From positions 16,203 to 80,202 of the forward strand of contig JAHDSQ010000004.1 of the NCBI GenBank assembly GCA_018432615.1: a stretch of DNA of 64,000 bases. Direction: 5' to 3'. Below the pieces are notes generated by a model. The model was not told the origin of the DNA. It saw nothing but the letters and a program-made list of their open reading frames with translations, and did no database searches. Positions 28,221 through 37,329 of the stretch are shown here, piece by piece; the first letter of the stretch is position 1; each line of letters opens with the position of its first letter. The stretch is from Clostridia bacterium (lineage in GTDB: Bacteria > Bacillota > Peptococcia > DRI-13 > SM3-B62). The translations under genes were made by a program, and so were the position numbers.

Positions 28221-28251
28221 GGCCCTATCCTGGTGGGATAGAGCCTTTTTT
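28221..28251. terminator. Bidirectional terminator between the HD gene and convergent icd
   Basis: GGCCCTATCC-tggtg-GGATAGAGCC followed by TTTTTT. An A-run upstream serves the opposite strand. Confidence 0.7.
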
Positions 28252-28266
28252 GATCATTTCTTTTCG

Positions 28267-29475
28267 CTACATCATTTCATCGAGCCGGATTTTGATTGCC
28301 TTCAGAAAATCTTCTGTGCCGACCGCTTCTTTCTTTGATAACATAGATATCTGTAACAAGTCCTTAGTCATTACCCCATTCTCGATTGTCTTGATAGAAG
28401 CAGCTTCGAGTTTATCAGCAAAGTCAACGAGATCGGAAAGTCCATCGAGTTCACCGCGTTTTTTCAAGGCTCCGGTCCAGGCAAATATGGTTGCCATAGA
28501 GTTTGTTGAGGTCGCTTCTCCTTTTAGATGCCTATAGTAATGTCTTTGAACTGTCCCGTGGGCAGCCTCATATTCGTAATATCCCTTAGAAGAGACAAGG
28601 ACTGATGTCATCATAGCCAGGCTACCGAAAGCGGTAGCGACCATATCGGACATAACATCACCATCATAGTTCTTGCATGCCCATAACATGCCACCTTCAG
28701 ACCTGACGACACGTGCTACTGCATCATCTATTAAAGTGTAATAGTAATCTATTCCGGCTTCGGCAAATTTTTCTTTGAAATCACGTTCATATGTTTTCCA
28801 GAATATTTCTTTAAATACGGAATCGTAGGTTTTGGAAATAGTATCCTTGGTGGAGAACCACAGGCTGACTTTCTTATCCAAAGCGTAAGTAAAGCAAGCT
28901 TCGGCAAAGCTTTGGATAGATTCATCTATGTTGTGAATTCCCTGTATTATACCTTTGCCTTTGAAATTATGGATAATTGTCCTGGTTTCTTCGCCATTCT
29001 CTGATGTATAGACAAGCTCGGCTTTTCCGGAATTTTCCACTCTGTATTCCACGTTTTTATAAACATCGCCATAGGCATGTCTGGCTATGATTATAGGTTT
29101 TTTCCATGTTGGGATAAGAGGTTTAATCGAATCAATAGTGATAGGGGCACGGAAAACGGTGCCGTCCAAAATTGCTCTTATTGTACCGTTGGGGCTTTTC
29201 CACATTTTTTTCAAGTTGTATTCCTTGATTCTGTCAGCGTTCGGAGTTATGGTTGCACATTTTACACCGACCCCATATTTTTTTATTGCTTCGGCAGAGT
29301 CAATTGTGATTTGGTCGTCACTCTCATCTCTTGTTTTGAGGCCTAGGTCGTAATATTCGGTTTTTAATTCTACATACGGTGTAATAAGGATGTCTTTAAT
29401 CATTTTCCAAATGATCCGTGTCATTTCATCCCCATCCATCTCAACGAGTGGAACCTTCATTGCAATTTTTGTCAT
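28267..29475 (-). CDS. icd: NADP-dependent isocitrate dehydrogenase, subfamily II (eukaryote-like homodimeric type)
   Basis: The N-terminal [13 protein letters not shown]...KCATITPN and the 402-aa length are characteristic of type II IDH. Confidence 0.9.
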   Translation of the reverse strand: MTKIAMKVPLVEMDGDEMTRIIWKMIKDILITPYVELKTEYYDLGLKTRDESDDQITIDSAEAIKKYGVGVKCATITPNADRIKEYNLKKMWKSPNGTIRAILDGTVFRAPITIDSIKPLIPTWKKPIIIARHAYGDVYKNVEYRVENSGKAELVYTSENGEETRTIIHNFKGKGIIQGIHNIDESIQSFAEACFTYALDKKVSLWFSTKDTISKTYDSVFKEIFWKTYERDFKEKFAEAGIDYYYTLIDDAVARVVRSEGGMLWACKNYDGDVMSDMVATAFGSLAMMTSVLVSSKGYYEYEAAHGTVQRHYYRHLKGEATSTNSMATIFAWTGALKKRGELDGLSDLVDFADKLEAASIKTIENGVMTKDLLQISMLSKKEAVGTEDFLKAIKIRLDEMM

Positions 29476-29504
29476 TATTAGTACTCCCCTTTCGTTTATA
29501 TATA

Positions 29505-30020
29505 TTAATTAACTTTTAAATCAGGATGGTTTTCCTTAACTATTAGCGTTGTGACAGGTGCTTTTGAGTATTCGGTAAATAAAATATCATGTCCAATGCA
29601 CAGCCCTATTATTATATTTAGATCAGTATTGCATTTATTTAATAAAAAGGCTTGTCCCTTGGGATTGCACATAGAATCATGCTCGTTGACATTTTTCTTT
29701 TTTACGCCGAAGACCGATTTGTCTATTCCTCCGTTTTTACAACACACGGATATAACGTCAAATTCACGGGCGAGTGTATTATGGATTATTTTAGACTCTT
29801 TCTTGTAAGTAACGCAATAAGCAAGACCTATTTTCTTGTAACCCATAATTCTACAATACTCCATAACTTGGTTTAATCTGGCAAGGCCTTTTTCCATTAG
29901 TTTAGAGGCAATCAATACATTCAAATCTTCACCAGTATAGCTTATATCCTTTGTACCGTAACAATCTTTTCCCCTTCTGCAGTCATTATTTTCACATAAA
30001 ACGCACTTTATAACGATCAC
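29505..30020 (-). CDS. DUF1847 family Cys-rich (putative metal-binding) protein
   Basis: [16 protein letters not shown]-terminus and further conserved Cys (VCCKNGG, MCNPKGQ, GLCIGHD). GTG start after GGAAAGGAA. Confidence 0.7.
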   Translation of the reverse strand: MIVIKCVLCENNDCRRGKDCYGTKDISYTGEDLNVLIASKLMEKGLARLNQVMEYCRIMGYKKIGLAYCVTYKKESKIIHNTLAREFDVISVCCKNGGIDKSVFGVKKKNVNEHDSMCNPKGQAFLLNKCNTDLNIIIGLCIGHDILFTEYSKAPVTTLIVKENHPDLKVN

Positions 30021-30046
30021 TTCCTTTCCAGCCTACTATTTAGCAA

Positions 30047-30062
30047 TGCAAAACTCGTGCCA
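30047..30062 (-). promoter_or_regulatory. Sigma-54 (-24/-12) promoter P2, driving DUF1847-icd
   Basis: The minus strand reads TGGCACGAGTTTTGCA, a perfect TGGCAC-N5-TTGCA. Its -12 end is about 27 nt upstream of the GTG at 30020. Confidence 0.8.
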
Positions 30063-30142
30063 ATCGACGGTGTTCGTTATCCATAAGCATTACAAGATTA
30101 CTGAGGTTTAAATGGTGTTTCAAACTGTGTTCCATGTAAGAC

Positions 30143-30193
30143 GAAATCAATCTACAATTGCGTTTCGTTGAAACGCAATTGTAGATTGATTTC
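30143..30193. promoter_or_regulatory. 51-bp perfect palindrome (24-bp arms, 3-nt centre); candidate bEBP binding site UAS2
   Basis: GAAATCAATCTACAATTGCGTTTC-GTT-GAAACGCAATTGTAGATTGATTTC. Its centre lies about 108 bp upstream of the -24 GG of P2, in the divergent region between the DUF1847 and activator genes. Confidence 0.6.
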
Positions 30194-30350
30194 TTATTTA
30201 TGTTAAAACAGCAAGAAGTTATCATATCGAAATTCGCCATATTCTGATAAAATAAAGAATAAGTATCGAATCAGGATTATTTTTCGGAAGAGACAAAAAA
30301 TGTTAAGTTTCATATGAGGCAAAATGGGAATTGATAGGGAGGCATTATTA

Positions 30351-32285
30351 ATGGCAATTTATAAAGGAACTGTAGGAATAATAGGACGGGAAGCATTTTA
30401 TGACACAATTAAAAAAGAGGTATCGAACAATCCGCGATACTCTTGTTTTGAATATATATACTTTCAAGATTTGTTTGATGATGCCTACAAACAAATCAAT
30501 CAGTTGGTTGATAAAATTGATGTTTTTATTTCCGGGCCCAGGCATTATCAATTCATCAGTTCATGGTTTCCGGAAAAACCCGTCGTAAAAATCAAACCAG
30601 TATCTTTTGATATTCTTGAGGCATTGAAAGAAGCCGCTGAAATTGACAATAATATATATATCCTGAGCCCGTATAACTTTAACGACTTGACCAATTTTAA
30701 GAATATATTCAGAAGCGATTTAAATATATTTCAAAATATTTTTACAGATATTAAAGATTTGAGGCGTTCTTTTCAGTATGTTGTGGAAAGAGGAGGAAAA
30801 GCGGTAGTGGGAGGTAGTTTGGTATGCAATATTGCCAATGAATATGGTCTTACGGCTTTTCATTATTACTCCAAAGAGACAATCAAACAAACGATTGACA
30901 ATGCAATCAACTTAATGTTGATCAAGCTTGAACAAAAAGCTATTCACGAGAAAATGAGGAAGGTTGTTGATTTCAGTGATGTCGGTTTGATAGTTGTGGA
31001 CAACAAAGGGGATATCGAATTTACAAACAGCCATGCTATCAGGTTGCTTGGCCGCACGAATTCAAACACATTAGGTTTCAATATCGACAAAATCACACCA
31101 TATAACACTTTAAAAAGTATTGACAATGAAAACAAGATACTTGTGATAAATGGAACAGAAGTATTATGCGATAAAGTCATTGCTAATGATGAAAGCATGA
31201 TTTATCGTTTCCAAGAAGTAACCCGGGTTGAAAAGGCTGGACAGGAAATCAGAAAACAAGCACTATTAAAACTAAAAAAGGCCAAGTATAATTTCAGTGA
31301 AATCGTGGGAGGCGGGTTAACTTCAACTATAGACATAGCAAAATCGTATGCAACATCGTCCGATGCAAATGTATTGATTATCGGTCCGACGGGGAGCGGA
31401 AAAGAGTTATTTGCTTCAAGCATTCATAATAGTAGCTCCAGGGCACAAAAACCTTTTGTCCCCATAAACTGTGCGGCTCTTCCGGAAAATTTGCTGGAAA
31501 GTGAGCTTTTCGGCTATGAGGCAGGTTCGTTTACCGGAGCAAATAAACAGGGGAAGCGGGGATTAATAGAACTTGCCCATCAGGGAACACTGTTTCTTGA
31601 TGAAATTGCAGAACTGCCGTATTCTTTACAAGCAAAAATGTTGCGGGTATTACAGGAGAAAGAGGTTTTACATGTTGGAGGTGAAGATCTCATTCCTATC
31701 GATATAAGGGTTATTGCCGCTACAAACCGTTCCCTGGAAGAATATATTTCAGAAGGACGCTTTAGGGCAGATCTTTATTATCGTCTTTCAAGTTTGATTT
31801 TGGAAATTCCGCCGCTATCGGTCAGGCGTCACGATGTGTTTGAACTAGTTGATTACTTTTTAAGGTTTAAGGATGTGCCCAGTATTACCTCGGAAATAAT
31901 CAAAAGTGTAATACTCGACTATTATAAGGAATATGATTGGCCGGGCAACGTAAGAGAAATACAGAATATCTTAGAAAGGGTCGTAACTTATATAAAATAT
32001 ACCAATAAACAACAAGCAACCGCAAAAGAGCTTAGTAAGGACCTGCATGACATGTTAGATACGTTCGAAAACATGTGTAAAATATCGGAAATAAAGGATT
32101 ATAGAAAAGGAAAGTTCCAGCAGTTGAGTATTGAAAGATTTAAAACAGAAAATGCGAATAATGACATAAGAAATGCCTTGGAGGCAGCTTTGGAGGCTGC
32201 CGGAGGGAATAAAACGAAGGCAGCAAAATTATTAGGTGTTAGTAGATCAACGTTATGGAGATGGTGTAACGAGAAAATGGGATAA
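30351..32285 (+). CDS. PrpR-like sigma-54-dependent activator (PrpR_N-like sensor, PAS, AAA+, Fis HTH)
   Basis: The N-terminal 190 aa are collinear with the PrpR N-domain pattern (..[30 protein letters not shown]..). Walker [15 protein letters not shown] loop, [19 protein letters not shown]. The ATG at 30351 follows TAGGGAGG. Confidence 0.85.
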   Translation: MAIYKGTVGIIGREAFYDTIKKEVSNNPRYSCFEYIYFQDLFDDAYKQINQLVDKIDVFISGPRHYQFISSWFPEKPVVKIKPVSFDILEALKEAAEIDNNIYILSPYNFNDLTNFKNIFRSDLNIFQNIFTDIKDLRRSFQYVVERGGKAVVGGSLVCNIANEYGLTAFHYYSKETIKQTIDNAINLMLIKLEQKAIHEKMRKVVDFSDVGLIVVDNKGDIEFTNSHAIRLLGRTNSNTLGFNIDKITPYNTLKSIDNENKILVINGTEVLCDKVIANDESMIYRFQEVTRVEKAGQEIRKQALLKLKKAKYNFSEIVGGGLTSTIDIAKSYATSSDANVLIIGPTGSGKELFASSIHNSSSRAQKPFVPINCAALPENLLESELFGYEAGSFTGANKQGKRGLIELAHQGTLFLDEIAELPYSLQAKMLRVLQEKEVLHVGGEDLIPIDIRVIAATNRSLEEYISEGRFRADLYYRLSSLILEIPPLSVRRHDVFELVDYFLRFKDVPSITSEIIKSVILDYYKEYDWPGNVREIQNILERVVTYIKYTNKQQATAKELSKDLHDMLDTFENMCKISEIKDYRKGKFQQLSIERFKTENANNDIRNALEAALEAAGGNKTKAAKLLGVSRSTLWRWCNEKMG

Positions 32286-32477
32286 ATTACACAGCGATTA
32301 TCTCTCGATTTTTTCTTCCTGCCTTACGAGGTTCAGTCCAGGTAACGTATATGGAAGTGTCATAAGGGCTGCCCACATAGCACCGCGAGTTTCTTCAGAG
32401 TAAAACGATGTGGCGGCAACAAGTGCGGAAAAGAGCTGAAAGCCTTAATACGAAAGCTCTATTTCCCCCGTTTCATT

Positions 32478-33686
32478 TCAGGAAACAGGAACCTGGGAGG
32501 TTGAAAGCCGGTGAGACAGAGGAAGCTCAATCCTGATAATCGTTCCTTCCTGTGGCTCACTCCAGACCATGATCTTTCCCTGGTGATTATCAATTATCCA
32601 TTTGGCGATGGCTAAGCCCAAACCGGTGCCGCCGCTTTTTTTTGTTCGTGATTCGTCCGCCCGGTAAAACCGGTCGAAAATATGGGGCAGGTCTTTGGCG
32701 GCAATACCTATGCCGCTGTCCGCAATACTAAGTACGGCCGCACCCTTTTTTTGGTAGGAATTGATGCGGATATGGCCCCCGGAGGGAGTATACTTTAAGC
32801 TATTGTCAATGAAAATCCGCAGGGCTTCTTTAATGAGTTTCCTGTCGGCATTTATCGTTACCACTTCGTTTTTCTCACTGTCAATGAAGTGGTTTTCATC
32901 AATTAGTTTTGTTTCTTTCAGGACTTCTTCAATCAGCTCGTTCAGGTAAAAATCCTGGGCCTCAATACTCTGAACATTTCTGTCTCCTCGTGCCAAAAAC
33001 AAAAGTTTTTCTATCAGCTCGCCCATGTTTTCAGCCTCGCCCTTGATGGCTGTTACTGCCTCGTCAAGGACGATTTTGTCGTCCTTTCCCCAACGGTCGA
33101 GCAGATTGGCATAGCCCTGAATTACCGCCAGGGGGGTCCTCAATTCATGGGAGGCATCTGATACAAAACGGTTTTGCTGCTCGACGGAAAGTTCAATTCT
33201 TTCCAACATGTCGTTGCACGTTTGGGCCAGGTCCTTCAACTCGTCCTTGGCACCGCCTACGTCAAGCCTTTTGTCCAGCTCTTGGATAGAGATTTCCTTC
33301 AGGGTGCCGGTCATGGTCTTAACCGGCAAAAGGTGTTTCCTGCTGGCTTTGGAGCCCAACAGGATAATAACAATGAGGCCGAGGAAAGTGAAAATACCAA
33401 GGATTTTTTCCAGAACCACAACATAATCTTGGGGAGAGCCGTTTTGCAGATGGTAGTCAAAGCTCATGACAATACCAACACTTATCAGGGAGAATAACAA
33501 AAGGAAGAGCAAGACATAAGTTGCTGTGATTTTAAAGGTTATGGAGAACCGCAGTTTGTTTATGACTATTCCAAAGAGTCGTCCCCAAAGAGAGAAAAGC
33601 AAGTTTACGACATAAAAAATGACGTAAAAGGATACCTTGATAATCTTGAAAAGGCTGATGAATAAAAACTTTAGCATCCTAATCAT
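32478..33686 (-). CDS. Sensor histidine kinase (2 TM, HAMP, HisKA, HATPase)
   Basis: H-box SHELRTPL and G-boxes DSGIGI / GGTGLGLAI. It overlaps the upstream response regulator stop. Confidence 0.9.
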   Translation of the reverse strand: MIRMLKFLFISLFKIIKVSFYVIFYVVNLLFSLWGRLFGIVINKLRFSITFKITATYVLLFLLLFSLISVGIVMSFDYHLQNGSPQDYVVVLEKILGIFTFLGLIVIILLGSKASRKHLLPVKTMTGTLKEISIQELDKRLDVGGAKDELKDLAQTCNDMLERIELSVEQQNRFVSDASHELRTPLAVIQGYANLLDRWGKDDKIVLDEAVTAIKGEAENMGELIEKLLFLARGDRNVQSIEAQDFYLNELIEEVLKETKLIDENHFIDSEKNEVVTINADRKLIKEALRIFIDNSLKYTPSGGHIRINSYQKKGAAVLSIADSGIGIAAKDLPHIFDRFYRADESRTKKSGGTGLGLAIAKWIIDNHQGKIMVWSEPQEGTIIRIELPLSHRLSTSQVPVS

Positions 33687-34363
33687 AATTTCAGTTGATA
33701 CCCCACTCCCCGGACTGTGTGTATCAATTTCACCTGGTATTTGTCGTCGATCTTACCTCTCAGATAGCGGATATATACATCTACGATATTTGTATCCCCC
33801 ATAAAATCATAGCCCCAAACCTTTTCCAGAATAGCATCTCTTGTCAGTACAATACCCTTGTTAAGAATCAGATACTCCAGTAAATCGAATTCCCTTTTTG
33901 TCAATTCCAGCTCTTCATCGCCGTAGGTTACCTGGTGCCTGTTTCTGTTCAGCTTGAGGCTGCCAATTTGTATAGCGGTTAAAGAGGGAGCATCGACCCT
34001 CCGGTGTTTTAGTGCTGCTCGGATACGGGCTAGCAGTTCTTCGATAGCAAAGGGTTTAGTCATATAATCGTCGGCACCGATATCTAGTCCCATAACCTTA
34101 TCCGTGATTTCATCTCGGGCCGTCAGCATAATGACAGGAGTCTGCGAGTTTTGTCTTAGCCTTCTTAAAACCTCCATGCCGTTAAGAGAAGGGAGCATCA
34201 CATCGAGGATAATTAAGTCGAAGTTCTTGGACAGGGCCTTATCAAGGCCTGAACGTCCGTCTTGCTCTTCTTCTACCGTATAACCTTCGTGCTCCAATTC
34301 CAGTTGAATAAAGCGCCGGATTTTCGTTTCATCTTCAATAAGCAGAATTCTTCCTTGAGACAT
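33683..34363 (-). CDS. OmpR/PhoB-family response regulator
   Basis: Receiver domain (LLIEDE..., DVMLP, KPF) plus a winged-helix C-terminal domain (LTKREFDLLEYL...TVRGVGY). Confidence 0.9.
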   Translation of the reverse strand: MSQGRILLIEDETKIRRFIQLELEHEGYTVEEEQDGRSGLDKALSKNFDLIILDVMLPSLNGMEVLRRLRQNSQTPVIMLTARDEITDKVMGLDIGADDYMTKPFAIEELLARIRAALKHRRVDAPSLTAIQIGSLKLNRNRHQVTYGDEELELTKREFDLLEYLILNKGIVLTRDAILEKVWGYDFMGDTNIVDVYIRYLRGKIDDKYQVKLIHTVRGVGYQLKL

Positions 34364-34445
34364 AAAGCAATCCCCCTGCTGACATCACAATTAACCAAGC
34401 TTTAAGTTAATTGTAATGTAACAGGGGATAAATACAAGAGATAAA

Positions 34446-34907
34446 TCAGGTCTTTTCGATTTCTTCGGCGACTTTATTCGTTAGAGAGTTGATTTTGTCG
34501 GCTACGGCGTCGATTGTTTCATTGATCCGGCAATCTTCCCCGTTTTTCCTCTTGATCCTGATGCGGCAACCGGTGATGAGAGCTAGGATCAAAGCTACGA
34601 CAACAAGAGGGAATGAGATGAGGGTCAAAAGCAGCGCCGGTACCAGCGGAAGGTTGAGGATGACGGTTTCCTCCTTGGTGATGGAAAGGGAGATCTTGTT
34701 CAGCCTAGCGACGACTCTTTTAAGCTTTTGTCCTAAAGTGCCCTCACAAACGGCTTCCTTTTCCGGCTTGATTTTTTTATTTTCCTCCAGATAAGCAAGG
34801 GCTTCTACGATATCGCCGTCACATTTTTCCAATACTTCTTTGGCCTCCTTGTAGCTGACACGTGCTCTTTTTTTCAAAAGATCGATTTGTTCTAAAGTAA
34901 TACTCAT
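34446..34907 (-). CDS. DUF4342-like protein with an N-terminal UBA/TS-N-like helix bundle
   Basis: ITLEQIDLLKKRARVSYKEAKEVLEKCDGDIVEALAYLEE followed by a hydrophobic segment. The ATG at 34907 follows GGAGGAA. Confidence 0.65.
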   Translation of the reverse strand: MSITLEQIDLLKKRARVSYKEAKEVLEKCDGDIVEALAYLEENKKIKPEKEAVCEGTLGQKLKRVVARLNKISLSITKEETVILNLPLVPALLLTLISFPLVVVALILALITGCRIRIKRKNGEDCRINETIDAVADKINSLTNKVAEEIEKT

Positions 34908-34991
34908 TATTAATTCCTCCATTTTTGGTGTTTGTCTTGTCTTAATCATAAAGAAGAGTGCTTAGAGGAAAATTAATGAAAAATTAAAATT

Positions 34992-35021
34992 GCATTAGAA
35001 AAATCGGCATTAGAAAAACTG
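34992..35021. repeat. Tandem 15-bp direct repeat GCATTAGAAAAA(TCG/CTG) x2
   Basis: Two adjacent copies about 85-115 bp upstream of the DUF4342-RR-HK operon start. Confidence 0.5.
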
Positions 35022-35104
35022 CAAAAAAAACCGCATGTTTATTTGACATACGGCAGAGGTGAATCTAGGATAGAGGAGAGGGAAATAATTCGAAAATGGG
35101 GTAA

Positions 35105-37312
35105 ATGACGATGAAAACACTGGTACTGGCGGAAAAACCTTCTGTGGCGAGAGATATTGCCCGGGTTTTGAATTGCAGGATTAGAGGTGACGGGTACTTG
35201 GAGGGAAGCCGTTATATAGTGACCTGGGCCTTAGGGCATTTGGTGACACTGGCCGAACCCGATGCCTATGATAAAAGATACAAAAGCTGGAGTATTGAGG
35301 ATTTGCCAATCATGCCCTCGACTACTAAGCTGATGGTTATTAAGCCCAGCAGTAAACAGTTTAATATTGTGAAAACACAGATGAACCGCCAAGACGTCGG
35401 CGAAATAGTCCTGGCCACCGACGCCGGTCGGGAAGGGGAACTGGTGGGCAGATGGATCATCGAAAAGGGCAGGATAAACAAGCCCTTGAAGCGGCTCTGG
35501 ATTTCCTCCGTGACGGATAAGGCCATTAAGGAGGGTTTTAACCGCCTAAAAGACGGTCGGGAGTACGAAAACCTCTTTGCCGCTGCCGTAGCCCGGGCTG
35601 AAGCCGATTGGTATGTAGGCATCAATGCCACTCGTGCCTTGACATGTAAGCATAATGCCCAGCTCTCCTGCGGTAGAGTACAGACGCCGACACTGCAAAT
35701 GATTGCCGCTCGGGAAGAAGAAATACGGAATTTCGTCCCCCGGGTTTTTTACGGCATCGTGGCTGAAGCAGGAGGTTTGAAACTGACTTGGCAGGAAGAA
35801 AAGAGTAAGGATACGAGAATTTACGATTTGGAAGAATGCGATAAGGTCCTGGCCAAGCTTGAGGGGAAAAAGGCCGAAGTCCTCAAGGTAGACAAAAGCC
35901 GGAAAAAAAGCAATCCTCCTCGTCTCTACGACCTGACGGAGCTGCAAAGAGAAGCCAACAGCCGTTTTGGCTATTCGGCCAAGGAAACCCTGAAAATCAT
36001 CCAAAGTCTCTATGAACGGCATAAGATCGTGACTTATCCCCGTACGGATTCCCGGTATTTAACTTCCGATATGACGGATACCTTAAAAGAAAGAATCAAG
36101 GCCTGCGCTGTTTATCCCTATACAAGGCTGACAAAAAAGGCTTTACAGGGACTTGAAACCAATCAAAAAAAGGCCTTTGTCGATGATAGTAAGGTTTCGG
36201 ATCACCATGCCATCATTCCGACGGAGCAGCCGGTTTCCTTAGGTGTGTTGGATGAGCAGGAGCGCAGAATCTTCGATTTGATTGTCAAGCGTTTTCTGGC
36301 CGCTTTATACCCGCCCTTCGTTTACGAACAGATGATTGTTACGGCAGCGATAGGGGGAGAGCATTTCATCGCCCGGGGCAAAACAGTAATCGATCAGGGC
36401 TGGAAGGAAGTATATGATAACAGTTATGAAGATGAGGACGGGGATACGGACGAAACGGAAGGCGTTGCGGAGCAAGTGCTTCCGCGGGTTGAAAAAGGCG
36501 AGGTTTTAAAAGTTTCAACGGTATCTCGCACCGAGGGGAAAACCAGGCCGCCGGAATTGTTCAACGAAGGCACCCTGCTTTCAGCCATGGAGAACCCTGC
36601 CAAATACATGGCTCATGAAAGTCGGGATTTGATTAAGACAATAGGCAAGACCGGGGGTTTGGGTACTGTTGCCACAAGAGCGGATATCATCGAAAAGTTG
36701 TTCAACAATTTCCTGATGGAGAAAGAGGGCAAGCATATCCGGCTGACGTCGAAAGGAAAACAACTTTTGGAACTCGTTCCGGAAGAACTGAAATCGCCGG
36801 CCTTAACGGCACAATGGGAGCAGAAACTGGAGGCCATCTCCCAGGGTCTGCTCAAAAAGGAAGAGTACATAGGGGAAATAAAGGACTATACTAAGGTGGT
36901 CGTGGGCGAGATCAAGAGTACGGACAAAAAATTTAGGCACGACAATATCACCGGTAACAAGTGTCCCCAGTGCGGTCGGAACCTGCTGGAGGTCAAGGGG
37001 AAAAAGGGCAAGATGCTTGTCTGCCAGGACAGGTCTTGCGGCTACCGCAAAGGAATCAGTAAAAACACCAATGCCAAATGTCCCAACTGTCACAAAAAGC
37101 TGGAGCTTAAAGGAGAAGGGGATGGACAGATATTTGTTTGCAAATGCGGTTACCGGGAGAAGCTTTCGGCCTTTCAAGAGCGGGTAAGTAAAGAAAAAAG
37201 CAGTGTTTCCAAAAGGGATGTGGATAAATACTTACAAAAGCAAAAAAAAGGGACAGAGGAGTTTACTAACCCTGCCTTGGCGGAAGCGTTGGCTAAGCTT
37301 AAGAACAAGTGA
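35105..37312 (+). CDS. topB: DNA topoisomerase III
   Basis: Toprim LVLAEKPS, active-site TYPRTDSRYL, and C-terminal zinc ribbons (CPQCGRNL..CQDRSC; CPNCHKKL..CKCG). The start may be the ATG at 35111. Confidence 0.9.
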   Translation: MTMKTLVLAEKPSVARDIARVLNCRIRGDGYLEGSRYIVTWALGHLVTLAEPDAYDKRYKSWSIEDLPIMPSTTKLMVIKPSSKQFNIVKTQMNRQDVGEIVLATDAGREGELVGRWIIEKGRINKPLKRLWISSVTDKAIKEGFNRLKDGREYENLFAAAVARAEADWYVGINATRALTCKHNAQLSCGRVQTPTLQMIAAREEEIRNFVPRVFYGIVAEAGGLKLTWQEEKSKDTRIYDLEECDKVLAKLEGKKAEVLKVDKSRKKSNPPRLYDLTELQREANSRFGYSAKETLKIIQSLYERHKIVTYPRTDSRYLTSDMTDTLKERIKACAVYPYTRLTKKALQGLETNQKKAFVDDSKVSDHHAIIPTEQPVSLGVLDEQERRIFDLIVKRFLAALYPPFVYEQMIVTAAIGGEHFIARGKTVIDQGWKEVYDNSYEDEDGDTDETEGVAEQVLPRVEKGEVLKVSTVSRTEGKTRPPELFNEGTLLSAMENPAKYMAHESRDLIKTIGKTGGLGTVATRADIIEKLFNNFLMEKEGKHIRLTSKGKQLLELVPEELKSPALTAQWEQKLEAISQGLLKKEEYIGEIKDYTKVVVGEIKSTDKKFRHDNITGNKCPQCGRNLLEVKGKKGKMLVCQDRSCGYRKGISKNTNAKCPNCHKKLELKGEGDGQIFVCKCGYREKLSAFQERVSKEKSSVSKRDVDKYLQKQKKGTEEFTNPALAEALAKLKNK

Positions 37313-37329
37313 TTCAACTTGTTCTTAAG
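37298..37329. terminator. Bidirectional hairpin overlapping the stop codons of topB and the convergent response regulator gene
   Basis: Perfect 13-bp inverted repeat CTTAAGAACAAGT-gattca-ACTTGTTCTTAAG. Confidence 0.6.

Noticed and set aside
30040-30240. A 66-aa minus-strand ORF in the DUF1847/activator intergenic region.
   Set aside because: It spans the sigma-54 promoter and the 51-bp palindrome. It has no RBS and no recognisable motif, so it is better explained as regulatory DNA.
32286-32477. A 190-nt gap at the right edge of the A+T-rich island as a possible att site or small RNA.
   Set aside because: I found no repeat matching the left boundary (17934-18040), no hairpin, and no promoter-like elements.
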